From: a virus
Lineage: Duplodnaviria > Caudoviricetes
Length of the DNA: 51,779 nt
Virus record (IMG/VR): IMGVR_UViG_3300032295_000393
Span: 1 to 51,779 of that record
Direction: 5' to 3' (one strand)
The first letter of the stretch is position 1, and every line of letters starts with the position of its first letter. Below the pieces are notes generated by a model, which did not search any database, was not told the origin of the DNA, and saw nothing but the letters and a program-made list of their open reading frames with translations. This document shows, piece after piece, positions 18,395 to 29,800 of this stretch. The position numbers were made by a program, and so were the translations under genes.

Positions 18395-18422
18395 TTGTCA
18401 AACTGTTTAAACATGATACTAT
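18395..18422 (+). promoter_or_regulatory. Sigma70-like promoter for the ejection-protein operon
   Basis: TTGTCA-16 bp-TACTAT with extended -10 TG; GTTTAAAC (18405-18412) in the spacer. Confidence 0.6.
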
Positions 18423-18450
18423 TTCAACAATTTAACGCCTTGAGGCCGCT

Positions 18451-18816
18451 ATGAAACCCTCTGAAATCATTGCAAATGACCCCGAAACAAAAAGAGTAGG
18501 AGCCGCAAAGGTTCTCGCTGGCGTTTCAAAGCTCTTAAAAAGCGGCAGAGGAATCATCCTCCAAAGTCAAAACACTGTCCTTTTGCTTATTGCAATTGGA
18601 GAAAATCTTGCTGAACTACACATTTATAGCGTTGATAGACCAGCTAACATTGGCGCATCAATGAAAGATTTTGAGCAAAAAATTCGTAGCTCCGATCTTG
18701 AGCGAGTGTATGGTTCGGCTCCTCTTAACTCGCAAATTATGCGGTTAATGAGAATTATGGGATATCAGGTAATGAAGTCTGACAAACCTAACTACACATG
18801 GATGGCTAACGTATGA
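18451..18816 (+). CDS. Hypothetical protein (possibly degenerate GNAT fold)
   Basis: GAGG RBS. Acetyltransferase-like genes often occupy this position before ejection genes; the motif support is weak. Confidence 0.5.
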   Translation: MKPSEIIANDPETKRVGAAKVLAGVSKLLKSGRGIILQSQNTVLLLIAIGENLAELHIYSVDRPANIGASMKDFEQKIRSSDLERVYGSAPLNSQIMRLMRIMGYQVMKSDKPNYTWMANV

Positions 18817-20570
18817 ACTACTCACTCAGACAACTATATGCCTTGGGCGAACCACTTGGTGAATCAGCTACCCGCTTAAAGCTTGGTGGTCGCATATACG
18901 GTGGTGGTGGTGGTGGCGGCGGATTGAGCTTTATTGAAGATGCTGTTGGAGATTTAGCAGGTGGCGCTGGCGATATTGTTGAAGGTGTTGTTGGCGGCGC
19001 TGGCGATGTCCTTAGCGAAGTTGTTGGTGGCGTTGGCGATGTTGTCGAAGGCGTTGTTGGTGGTGTAGGTGATGCCGTTGGTGATGTTGTTGGTGGTGTA
19101 GGTGATGCAGTTGGCGACCTTGGTAACTCAATTGATGATTTTGTTGCCGACACCATTCCCGGAGGTTGGACGACTCTAGCTGAAGTGGCGATGGCTTTTA
19201 CTCCTTTAGGGCCAATGGGCTCTGCTGGCGTTGGCGCACTCTCCGGCGCAACAAATAAAGGCAAGGGCGGCTTTAATTTGCAAGGCGCAATTATGGGCGG
19301 CTTGCAAGGCTATGGCGTGGGAAGTCTTGCCACCAGTTTGGCAAGTGCAGGAGCGCCAAACCCTTATGGAAGTGGAGCAGAGTACGATATAACCACCGCC
19401 ACAGGCCCAGAAGCTTTTAATCCTCCTGTTGAAGTTGGCTCTATGCCAGCAACAGATTACTCCTTGGCTTCTAGCACCCCCCCTACCGTAAACACCGCAG
19501 GCGTATCTCCTGTTGATTACGGCCTGTCCAACGCCGCTTCTTCTGGCATAAATCCAGTTAGCTCTGCACAAGTTGGGTACACGCCAACTGGCGAAATTGG
19601 GTACACCCAAAGCGCAATAAATCCCGGTCAACTGCCCGGCGGCAGTAGTATGGCGGGGATTCAAAATGCCAGCTTTGGAGCGCCTCCTTCACCATCTGGC
19701 CTTGAAGGTCTTGGCTCTAGCATGATTGATAAGGCCGCTCAAACTGGTCAAGGAATCAAAAACCTTACTGGCTTTGGCCCAGAAGGTATCAGTGGAATCA
19801 TGCCAGCCGCATCTGCCGTTAATGCAGGCATGAGTACAGCCTCATACAGCGGTCTTGGTCTTCTCGCCATGCAAACAATTGCAGAAAAAGAAGCCGAAAA
19901 ATTGCAAAATGATGAGCGGCTTCGGTCTGGTTCAATCACAAACGAAGAGTATCAAAAAAATCAAGTGATGATTGATGAGGCAATTGCTCGTGCAAGAGAA
20001 ACGGTCAGCCTGTATCCGTACGAGCCCGATCCAGAAAAAACAACTCAACAAGAAGCTCTTTATCCAAGAAGTCAAAAAACGCTGTATGACAATTACGGTT
20101 TACAAAATTTAAACTCGCAAGAGGTTTTGTACGATAAAGACAGCGAGCTTTTATATGCCGATGGTGGCGCTGTAGATGGTTACGAGACACCAGACACTCT
20201 AAAGGCTGGAGGCATTACCAGCGGCTTTGACTTCAAATCAGGCAGTCAAATGCCCATGTATGCGATGGGTGGAGAAATTCCCGCATACGGAATTGGCGGC
20301 TATGCTCGTGGCGGAGAGCCAAGATTTTTATCTGGTGGCGGCGATGGCATGAGCGATTCAATTCGTGCAAATATTGACGGCAAGCAAGAGGCTCGCCTTG
20401 CAGATGGTGAGTTTGTCATTCCTGCTGATGTTGTTTCTCACTTGGGTAATGGTTCATCTAAAGCCGGAGCCAAACAACTTTATGCAATGATGAATCGAAT
20501 TCGCAAAGCAAGGACTGGCAACCCCAAACAGGGGAAGCAAATTAATCCAACAAAGTTCATGCCAGCTTAA
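18813..20570 (+). CDS. Internal virion / DNA ejection protein
   Basis: Poly-Gly after an N-terminal leader, GDVVGGV repeats, hydrophobic Gly-rich helices, C-terminal GDGMSDSI...LADGEFVIPADVVS domain. Confidence 0.7.
   Translation: MNYSLRQLYALGEPLGESATRLKLGGRIYGGGGGGGGLSFIEDAVGDLAGGAGDIVEGVVGGAGDVLSEVVGGVGDVVEGVVGGVGDAVGDVVGGVGDAVGDLGNSIDDFVADTIPGGWTTLAEVAMAFTPLGPMGSAGVGALSGATNKGKGGFNLQGAIMGGLQGYGVGSLATSLASAGAPNPYGSGAEYDITTATGPEAFNPPVEVGSMPATDYSLASSTPPTVNTAGVSPVDYGLSNAASSGINPVSSAQVGYTPTGEIGYTQSAINPGQLPGGSSMAGIQNASFGAPPSPSGLEGLGSSMIDKAAQTGQGIKNLTGFGPEGISGIMPAASAVNAGMSTASYSGLGLLAMQTIAEKEAEKLQNDERLRSGSITNEEYQKNQVMIDEAIARARETVSLYPYEPDPEKTTQQEALYPRSQKTLYDNYGLQNLNSQEVLYDKDSELLYADGGAVDGYETPDTLKAGGITSGFDFKSGSQMPMYAMGGEIPAYGIGGYARGGEPRFLSGGGDGMSDSIRANIDGKQEARLADGEFVIPADVVSHLGNGSSKAGAKQLYAMMNRIRKARTGNPKQGKQINPTKFMPA
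18943..19125 (+). repeat. Coding tandem repeats (about 33 nt; VGGVGDAVGDV-like)
   Basis: Repeated GTTGTTGGTGG(C/T)G and GGTGATGC units inside ORF 18813. Confidence 0.7.
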
Positions 20571-20579
20571 GGAGCAATC

Positions 20580-21452
20580 ATGCCAACTTCAACCACCACA
20601 GTATCGGGACAACAATCAATTCCACCGGAGTTGATGCCGTATTTCAATCAGGCCGAATCATCCGCTGGCAAAGGCGACATGGGCATTTTGCCTAGAGCCA
20701 GAGAGTTAACTGCTCGTAATTACGACACAGTGTATGGTGATGCACTAAGGTCGGCTGGCCTGTATGGTTCCGATCGCATTGCCGGTCTTTCTCCAATGCA
20801 ACAGCAAGTAGGTCAACAATTGCAGGGATTAAAACTTGATCCAAGTTTTGGTCAAGCAAGGGATATCTACGGAGGCATGACAGATGTAAACCAAGTTGGC
20901 AGGTACATGAATCCGTACACGCAACTTGCTTTAGATCCTCAAATCCGACAGGCGACAGAAAACGCAAGGATCAACTCTGTTGCTCAAGATCGTGGTGCGG
21001 CTCGTGCCGGATCATATGGCGGCGCAAGAAACATTCTTGCTCAACAGCAAGCCAATAAAAATTTACAAACAAACTTGTCTGACATTGTTGGCAAGGGATA
21101 CAACACGGCGTATGAAAACGCCATGAAGACCCAGCTCTCTCAGGCGCAAGGATTGACAGACACTGCTACAAAATCCACTGGAGCAAACATTGCAAACCTA
21201 CAAGCGCAGGGTGCTTATGGTGATTTGCAAAAAGCCGTTCAACAACAACAGCTAGATACCCAGTATGCCGATCTGATGCGTAAGCAAGACTTCTCAATGG
21301 AGCAAGTTGGCAACATGGCAAACATTCTTCGTGGTGTTCCTATTGTTCAGACGGGCGGTCAAACCACAGTAACAACTCCTCCGCCAAGTTTTGCAAGCCA
21401 GTTTACTGGCGGCTTGCAAACCCTGTATGGACTTAATCAATTATTTAAATAA
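20580..21452 (+). CDS. Internal virion / DNA ejection protein
   Basis: Gln/Ala-rich; YMNPY...GSYGGAR...QQQLD motifs; AAGGAG RBS. Confidence 0.7.
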   Translation: MPTSTTTVSGQQSIPPELMPYFNQAESSAGKGDMGILPRARELTARNYDTVYGDALRSAGLYGSDRIAGLSPMQQQVGQQLQGLKLDPSFGQARDIYGGMTDVNQVGRYMNPYTQLALDPQIRQATENARINSVAQDRGAARAGSYGGARNILAQQQANKNLQTNLSDIVGKGYNTAYENAMKTQLSQAQGLTDTATKSTGANIANLQAQGAYGDLQKAVQQQQLDTQYADLMRKQDFSMEQVGNMANILRGVPIVQTGGQTTVTTPPPSFASQFTGGLQTLYGLNQLFK

Positions 21453-21467
21453 TATTGGAGCTTTGAA

Positions 21468-23873
21468 ATGAGCATTTTGAGCGAACTCAAGCAACAGAAA
21501 CACTCTCTTGATGATCTGGCAAAACTGCCGCAATCTATGATTATGCAGATGGCGCAAAAGAAACAGATCATGCCCGAGATGGTTGCGCCCATCCTTTCTC
21601 GCAAAGCGGAGATGATGGATGCTGTTGCAAAGACAAAAGCGCTTCAATCTGCTCCTCAAGCAATGGCTCCCACCACCGTGCTGGAAAGCCTGATGGCAAA
21701 GAACGCACAACCCGCTCAAAACATGGCTCCTCAAGGTCAGCCAATGCCTCAACAGCAACCTCCTGCAATGGGTGGTCTGGGTCAGATGCAACCTCAATTT
21801 GCAGGTGGCGGTGTTGTTGCCTTTGCTGAAGGTGATTATGTTGATGGAGAGGGCCAAGACCCAGAAGAAGACGAGTTTAATCGTCATCAAGCCTATTTAA
21901 ACAGGATCATGGAAACCTATGGTGGCGACAAGTTTGCCTCCCCAACAATGGCAAGTTCTCGCTCAACGCCTCCTGAGATTGTTGCCTTGGCATCTCCAAC
22001 ATCCAAGCAATACGATATGCAGAGAAGCTCTGTCATTCAAAAGTCTCCAGAGCAAAGCCGCCCCGAAGTTCGTGAGGTGACCAAAGAGCGCACCCAAGAG
22101 ATAAGCCCACAAGCACCTCCCAAGACGCAAGAGCGTGTTGAGGTAAAGGCCACTCCGACAAAAACACCCAAGCGCATTCCTAATCCATTGGATCACCCAT
22201 ATGCCAACATCGTTGCTCAAGATGCCAAGAAGTATGGTGTCGATCCAAAGATATCACTGCGCTTGTTGAACAACGAAACAGGCGGCATAAAGAATCCTGA
22301 AACAGCAGTCTCATCTGCTGGCGCTGTTGGTATTGCTCAATTCATGCCAAAGACCGCTGGACAGTACAAGATTGATCCCACAGACCCAAGACAATCCTCC
22401 GATGCCATGAATAGGCACGTTAGGCATTTGATGCGTGAGTACGGCGATCCTAAGCTTGTTGCCATTGCTTACAACTGGGGCGAGGGAAACACCAACAAAT
22501 GGCTCCAGAGGGGCGCTGATCCAAGAATGTTGCCAAAGGAAACACGCAACTACTTAGAGAAGTTCATGGTCACCGCTTTGGCAAAGGGTGGTGAGGTTAA
22601 GAGCTATGCAGAGGGCGGCTCAATCATTCCTGACTCTTACGAAAGCAAGATGAAGAGAGCCTTTGGCTATGAGCCTTTCCAAGGCCCAGCCGTTCAAAGA
22701 TATATGTCTGGCGGCAAAGTCCAACATTTTGAAACTGGCGACCTTGTGAGCGGCGACCCAATGGGTATGGGTGGATTTGAAATAATGGATGTTGAAAAGA
22801 AGCCGCACGGTCTTTCTTCTGCGGAAAAATTGTTCTTGCGCCAAACAGGCAATCCAGAGTGGAAAATTCAAGACGCAGACAAAAAGGCGCTTGCAGAGGA
22901 CATCAAAAACAAGGCGGCAAAGTCAGCCGCACCTGCGCCAGCAAAACCAGCACGACCTGTAAATCCAAAACCCTTGGTGGCTCCAACTCAAGCGCAGATT
23001 GATGGCGCTAAGACATCTGTTGAGAGGCAAGCCGAGCTTGGCCCCGTCCCATCACCCAACATCAGCAAAGTAAGCCCTGAGAATGTCAATGAGGCACTCA
23101 TGGCTCTGTCACAGCCAGACAAGGAGGCCGAGGCTCCAGTTGATCAGATGGGCAACGTGACAGGCATTTCTCCTGAGTACGACAAGCTGATGGAGAAGTT
23201 TTCCAAGCAAGAAGAGGCCAATGCAAAGCAAAGGAAAGAAGACAAAGCCTATGCAATGATCATGGCTGGTCTTGCCACGATGGGCGGCGAGTCTCCCAAT
23301 GCCTTGACCAACATTGCCAAGGGTCAGATGGCTGGCTTGGGTATGTTGCAAGAGAACCGCAAACAAAGCGCCGCAGAAGATGCTCGCCTTATGCAAATGC
23401 AAGGCACTGTGTTGCGTTACAAAGATGCGGCGTTGCTTGCAAAAGAAGCGCAGACTCAAACCCTTGAGCTTAGAAGAGACAGGCTAAAGCTTGATCAATT
23501 AATAGCCAAAGAGAACAAGACAGCCAAAGAGTTAGAGCTTCAGCGCAAGCTTGCAAAGGACGTTGAAGACAAACGTGCTGGCGTACAAAGAAGCATGGAC
23601 TACCATGAAAAAATGCACTTTGAAAACGCAAAACTCCAGTACGGAAAATTGATGGAACAAGCCGAAAAAGCGGTATTGCCAGCGGATGCGGAAAAGCTAA
23701 GAAATCAAGCAAATCAAGTTCTTGTGCAGGCTCAGAATAAATTTAACAACAGCCCAGTCACCAAGAGGTTCAGAAAAGAGCTGTTCCCAGAAATTCCAGA
23801 GGATGAATACTCCAGCCAAGAGCCCAGTGCGCCGCCGATAATAGACACAACAGGGTTTAAACGAGTCAAATAA
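21468..23873 (+). CDS. Internal virion protein with lytic transglycosylase (SLT) domain
   Basis: NETGG...AVSSAGAVGIAQFMPKTA...AYNWGEG...ETRNY at about 22200-22560. Confidence 0.85.
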   Translation: MSILSELKQQKHSLDDLAKLPQSMIMQMAQKKQIMPEMVAPILSRKAEMMDAVAKTKALQSAPQAMAPTTVLESLMAKNAQPAQNMAPQGQPMPQQQPPAMGGLGQMQPQFAGGGVVAFAEGDYVDGEGQDPEEDEFNRHQAYLNRIMETYGGDKFASPTMASSRSTPPEIVALASPTSKQYDMQRSSVIQKSPEQSRPEVREVTKERTQEISPQAPPKTQERVEVKATPTKTPKRIPNPLDHPYANIVAQDAKKYGVDPKISLRLLNNETGGIKNPETAVSSAGAVGIAQFMPKTAGQYKIDPTDPRQSSDAMNRHVRHLMREYGDPKLVAIAYNWGEGNTNKWLQRGADPRMLPKETRNYLEKFMVTALAKGGEVKSYAEGGSIIPDSYESKMKRAFGYEPFQGPAVQRYMSGGKVQHFETGDLVSGDPMGMGGFEIMDVEKKPHGLSSAEKLFLRQTGNPEWKIQDADKKALAEDIKNKAAKSAAPAPAKPARPVNPKPLVAPTQAQIDGAKTSVERQAELGPVPSPNISKVSPENVNEALMALSQPDKEAEAPVDQMGNVTGISPEYDKLMEKFSKQEEANAKQRKEDKAYAMIMAGLATMGGESPNALTNIAKGQMAGLGMLQENRKQSAAEDARLMQMQGTVLRYKDAALLAKEAQTQTLELRRDRLKLDQLIAKENKTAKELELQRKLAKDVEDKRAGVQRSMDYHEKMHFENAKLQYGKLMEQAEKAVLPADAEKLRNQANQVLVQAQNKFNNSPVTKRFRKELFPEIPEDEYSSQEPSAPPIIDTTGFKRVK

Positions 23874-23875
23874 AA

Positions 23876-26800
23876 ATGCCAATCTTCAAAGTTCAGGCTC
23901 CTGACGGCAGTGTGATGGAAATCGAAGCTCCCGAGGGGGCTTCTGATCAGGCGATTCTTCAATTTGCGGCGCAAACCTACAAGACACCTCCACCCTCTGT
24001 GCGTGATACCGGCTTCACTGGAGCGGCAAAAGCATCCATAGAGCAGATACAAGCGGATGCCTATAAAACCGCTGGCAAGCTTGGTATTCTTCCAATAAAG
24101 GAAGCCGAGGCAGAAAGCGCCAAGCACGAAGCTCGTTCCAAAGAAATATTTCAGCCAACAGAAAAAGATTTTCTTGAGCCTACTGGGCAAAAGTTTCGTG
24201 AGTTGCTTGGTGGCTCTCTCCCTTATATAGCGGCTCCAGTTGCCGCCGCTGGCGTTGGTATGCTCGCCGTTCCAAGTGCGCCTATCCTTGCCCCCGCAAT
24301 CGCCGCTGGTTTAGCTGGTACTGCTCAATACACCGGCTCCAACCTTGCTCGTCAAATGGAAGCCGACAAGAAAGGTCTTGAAGAAACCAATCTTGGCTAT
24401 GCCGTTGCTGGCGCTGTTCCTCAAGCATTGCTTGACACCTATTCGCTGGGGATGACTCCGCTTATCCGCAGGATGTTTGCTTCCGCAGGAATCCAACTTG
24501 CCGAAAAAGAGGCGGTAGATATTGCCAAGCGTGGGTTGATGTCCACCCTCAAAGACTATGGCGGCGTGACTGCAAAGACGGCAACCAGAGAGGGTTTGAC
24601 CGAGGCGGCCCAACAGTCCATCGAGCGTTTGCAAGCTGGTTTAAACATCACGGACGCAGAAGCCAGAAAAGAATACTTTGACAGTTTCATTGGCGGCGCT
24701 GTCCTTGGCGGCACACTTGCCCCAGTTGGTCGGTACTTAGAAGGCCCTGCTCGTCCAAGCGATCAGGGTATCAGACCCCTTACCGATCAGACAAATCCCC
24801 TGACCGATCAAGCCAACACCCTTACCGATCAGAGTATTGCCCCCACCGGGGTTGCTCCTGAGACGTTTAAACAGTCTGCCGTTGATGCAGGCTTGGCTCA
24901 GGGCCAACAGCTTTACCAAGAGAAAGCTCCACTTACCTCAACCACCCCAATCGGTGGCGCTATCGACACATCCGTTCCTTTGGGTCGGGAGTTGTCTTCT
25001 ACTCAAGCTGAGATTGAGGCGCTGGGTAAACAGAATGCCACCTTGCTGGCTCCAGAAGCCGCAACGGTTCAACCCACTGTAGCCCCAGAAGAGTCTGCCG
25101 CTTTGGCTCTCAAGCTGTCAGATGGCTTGAAACAAAACCCTGCGCTCAGAACCCAGTTTGAAGCCGCCAAGCAAGAGTTTGATACCCAAGGAAGACTAGA
25201 CCTGTCTCAGGTCTTTCAGACCGTCCTAGACACCGTTCCTCCAGTTTTAACGACTCCAGTCATCGCCCCCGAAGTCCAGCAAAAGGTGCAAGAGGTTCGC
25301 AAGACTTTGATCCCTGCGCTCAAGAAGTATGGCTTAGAGGGAACTGGTCTGCAAATCATGGACAGCCTTGGCAACGGTCAGGCCGATGGCTACTACGCCG
25401 AAAATCTAATCACCGTGGCACTGGACTCAGACAATCATTTGGGAGCCATGCGCCATGAGACAGTCCACGCCCTAAAGAACCTCAATGCATTTACACCGCA
25501 AGAGTGGCGGGTGTTGACCAACAAGGCTAAGTCAGATTGGATTCCTCAGTTCATCTCCCCTGAGAGGCAACAGCTATATCGTGATCAGTACGCCGAAGGC
25601 AACAATGGCGACATGACCGGCTTTGATGAGTACCTTCAGGAGGAGGGTATTGCTGAGGCGTTTAAACACTTCAACAACAAACTGCCCGCCGGGATGGTGG
25701 GTAACCTGATGTACCGTTTAAGGCAGTTCTTCCAATCACTGAAGAACACTTTCTCTGGTCAAGGCTTCAACACATCAGACTCCATTTTCCGTGGCATTGA
25801 GGCTACCAAGTACAAGCCTCAAGCACCAGCAATAGCCGAAGGTAAATTTGCCAAGCGTGAACCCGCATCCAAAGCGCCAGAAGGCATTCCTCAAAGTATT
25901 TGGGACTTGCATGAAAAGGTTCGGCGAGCAGATGCAGAGTCGATGGGCGAGATCGCCAGAGAAAAGGGCTTGTCACGGGGAGCAATGAAGCGCAATCAAA
26001 CGATGGCTTTTAAGCGTTTAAACAAGGCCGTTAATGATTTTGTTGGTGAAGAAAAATCGCTCGACCTGATGGTTCAAATGAATCAGGAGAGTGGTCGCCG
26101 TGAGGCACAGCAAGAAAGCGGCAGATTCTCCTTTGTTCGCAAGGCCACAAAGGGCGAGAAAGAAATCTCCACCCAGAACGCTACAGGCGTTAAGGCCAAG
26201 TTCGATCCGCTGGAAGACATCTACTCAATTGATGAGAAGGCTGTGCTTGAGGCGATGGAGATAAATCCAGCCATCAAAGCCAGAACGATTGAGGCAATTA
26301 AGGATTACGGGTTTATACCTAAAGACACCGCAGATGACCAAGTGATTCCTTTGTTCAAAAAGAACATCGTAAACAACTTGCTCTTCTTGTACAACTCTGT
26401 CCCTGCTGAAATTCGCAACCGTAGCAAGCTTTGGTATGACGGTGCAAACAAGATTGCCAAGCAGATGGGCAAAGAGTACAGCCTGACAGATATGCAGGTG
26501 TCGGGCATCTTGGCGGCAATGTCTCCTCAGAAGGATTGGTTTCAGAATGTCTCGATGGCTGAACGTGCCATCGATATTCTTTCCAAGCGTGGCGATATGG
26601 CTTGGGATGCCAATATGCTCAAGTACGCTCAGAGCTACGTCAAGAACACCAAAGATCGCAAAGAGCAAGAGAAGCGTGGTCTTGCCTACAAGAAGATTGA
26701 GAAGGTTGCCAAGGCTGGGACAAAGCTCAATGACATGGATATTGAGTCTGCCGCCGCCTTTGTCCGTGCATACGATGAGGCTTTTCATTCACGTTCATAC

Positions 26801-29800
26801 CGCATCGTCACTCCAGAAGGAGGCTTTAGCGGCTTGGTGATGAATATGCCGGACAAGAAGGGCGACATCAAAGAATCAACTTTGATGTGGTCTACCTACG
26901 ATCCGATTGAGAAGTCAGTCAGTATCTACCGTAACGGTAGCAGAGACAACATCAGCCAACAGCTTGGCTTTGAACACAAGATTCGTTCGTTCTACAACAA
27001 CATCGTTGCACCTAACAGCGACATCAGCCATGTAACCATTGACACCCATGCGGTTGCCGCTGGTTTATTTGAGGCTTTAGCTGGCTCAGATTTGGCTGTT
27101 GCTCAAAACTTTGGCGCAACAGGCACTGCCGACAACATTGGCGTGGGTGGCACATATGGTTTGATTGCTGATGCTTATCGTGATGCGGCAAAGCAAGTCG
27201 GCATGAAGGCCAGAGAGATGCAGTCCATTACATGGGAGGCTGTGCGGGGCTTGTTCGATGAGAACATGAAGTCCAGCATGAAGGCTCCAATTCGTGGACA
27301 GTGGACAAAGTACAAGAATGGCGATCAGACGTTTGAGCAAGCCAGAGAAAAAATTATAAAAATTGCCGGTGGTATGCAAGACCCTCAATGGGTTGGCAGT
27401 GACGCTGGACAGACGATTGCAGAAGGCGCTTCCAGCTATGACAAGTCCTTCCAGCCAGAGGGTGGCGTAAGACTTCGCAAAGAAGAAGACATTCGTGAAA
27501 AGATCACGGTCAACCTCTCGAACGTCACATCCAGCATACCCGGTTTAAACGAGCTGTATAACCGCTCCATGTCCGGTGACGAGAAAGCCTACGCCGTGTT
27601 GCAAGACACCGCCAAGGCTCATCTTGAGCATCTACTCAGCGGCACATCTGCCAAGGTAAACATTGAGCCTGTCATGGGTGCGTACGGCTCCGAGCGTGAG
27701 CCAGCCATCAATGCCGCCCTTTCATTCCCAGAGGCAGACCGCAAAGAAGTCATGGCGGCAGTGGCGAGGTTTGCCACCAACTTCAATCAGCAACAAGTTC
27801 ATGTCCGTCAGGCGACTGCATATCCATTTGGTCACGACTTTGGCGATGGCTCATACGCCACCAACGTCTGGAAAATGGGAATTAATCGTCAGTTGACAAA
27901 TGATGAGCTTGCAGAGATCATCAAAGAAACAGGCATTCCAGCTATCACTGTGGCTGGCAAAGAGAAAGATGGCAAGACACAATGGACTGCCACCACTTAC
28001 TTTGTAGACCCATTTGAAAACACAGAGAAGGCTTATGAAGAATACATCCAGCAAGTCAAATCCCTCGACAAGGCCCTCGCCAGAGTGGTGGGCAGAAGCG
28101 ATAAAGCGGTCAAACCAAGTGTTGAACGGCTCTACGTCTACGGAGATGGATATGGAGCCAGACTTGGATACGAATCAATTGCAGGTGACGTTCGTCCCAA
28201 GCAAGCTTCCGACACAAGAAGTCCAAAGCTAGTAGCCGAATACTTCAAAGGCGAATCCGTTGAAGGCTTCAAGCAAAAGGGTTTAAGCAAAGATGAGATT
28301 GCGGCGCAGAAAAGCCTTGCTCAAGTTTTTGAGGCTCTGCCAACCAATGACCTGAAGCGTCCAATTGTCCGCAGGGCATACACCGCACTTGCCAATGAAC
28401 TTAAAGAGCAATACAAGGTGTTGCCAATCAAAGTTGAGGTTGTCACCGATGTAATGATGGATGGCAAGTCCTACAACTACTTCAACAAAGACGGAGTCAA
28501 AGAGCTTAGAGACGATTTAACTCGTGGCATGACTGAGGCAGAAGCTGATAGCGCCATCAAATACTTGCAAGACAATTATGGTCAACCTGACTCGGCTTGG
28601 AAAAAGAAGGGCGGCTTGCTCTCCCGGGTTGAGGCCGACAACAAGGACGTTTACACGAGCAGTTCTGCTGTGCGCCGTGATGTCAGCGAGAACAACAAGC
28701 TTCGTGTTTACAAGACATCGCCAGAAACATTTGGGCCAAAAGGCGCAAGCTTTAAATCTCATCCATTGCTAAAAGACTCTGGGCTGAAGGATGCCAATGG
28801 CTATCCCATGCTGTACAACGACTTGCTTCGTGCAGTCCATGACTACTACGCCCACAACATCACTGCAACTGAGTTTGGGCCAAAGGGTGAGCTTGCCGCC
28901 GCAAGAAATCATTTGGCGGTTACCAAAGACCCAATGGCTAAGTGGGCGCTGATTGCTGAGACTCGCTTGCAGAACGCATGGCAAAACTTCACCAAGGGTG
29001 TGGAGGCCATACCTCTCAAAGATCGCCCGTTTGCAACTCAGAAGGCGGCTCTGCCGCCCATTGAATATGCCTTGAGCGGCGATCCATTGACCGATGTTCC
29101 TGTGCGTAAGCTGATGGAAGAGCTGACTCCTGAGCAAAGCCTTGGTAGCTTGCCGCCCTCTGCTCCCATCGCCAAGAAGTACAAGTTCTCCTTGCGTGAG
29201 CCAATGTCAACTTTGGGCTATCCAGCCTCAAGAATCAAAGCACCAGACACCCCTGCGTTTAAACAATGGTTTGGCAACAGCAAGATCGTTGATGCCAAAG
29301 GCAATCCGCTTGTCCTGTATCACGGCACTGCTCGTGACATCACTGCGTTTAAACCAAAGCAAGCTGGCGCAATCTTTTTAACTGCTGATCCAACATTTGC
29401 TGAAGACTTTGGTGATGCAAGTGAAGCCTACATGATCAAAGAACTCTTTAACGGAGCAACTCCGCAAGAGAGAAACAAATACATCATGGATGGGGCAAAT
29501 GTTGCTCGCAAAAATGGAGACATATCTGCAAAAGAATTTGCAGAGATCAAGTCTGACTTCTCTAAAATGGATGTGACTTTTGGATTGATTCCATCTGCAA
29601 TTGAGCAAGAGGTTACATACGTTCTGAAGAATCAATTGCCAACTCGTCAAAATATTCTTCCATTGTTTGCAAGTGTTAAAAATCCATTTAACTTTGCCGA
29701 TAAGCAACAGGTTGATGCGCTTAACGCAGAGCTAAACCAACCAGAGTACAACCGCTTTTTGAAAGAAGGCGATGAGAAATATGGCGACAAGAACCGTGGC

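Noticed and set aside
18943-19125. GTTGGTGG repeats as a CRISPR array or iterons
   Set aside because: They are in-frame coding repeats with synonymous variation
24777-24835. Three ACCGATCA repeats at 21-nt period
   Set aside because: They encode LTDQ repeats in a disordered linker, most likely from a local slippage duplication
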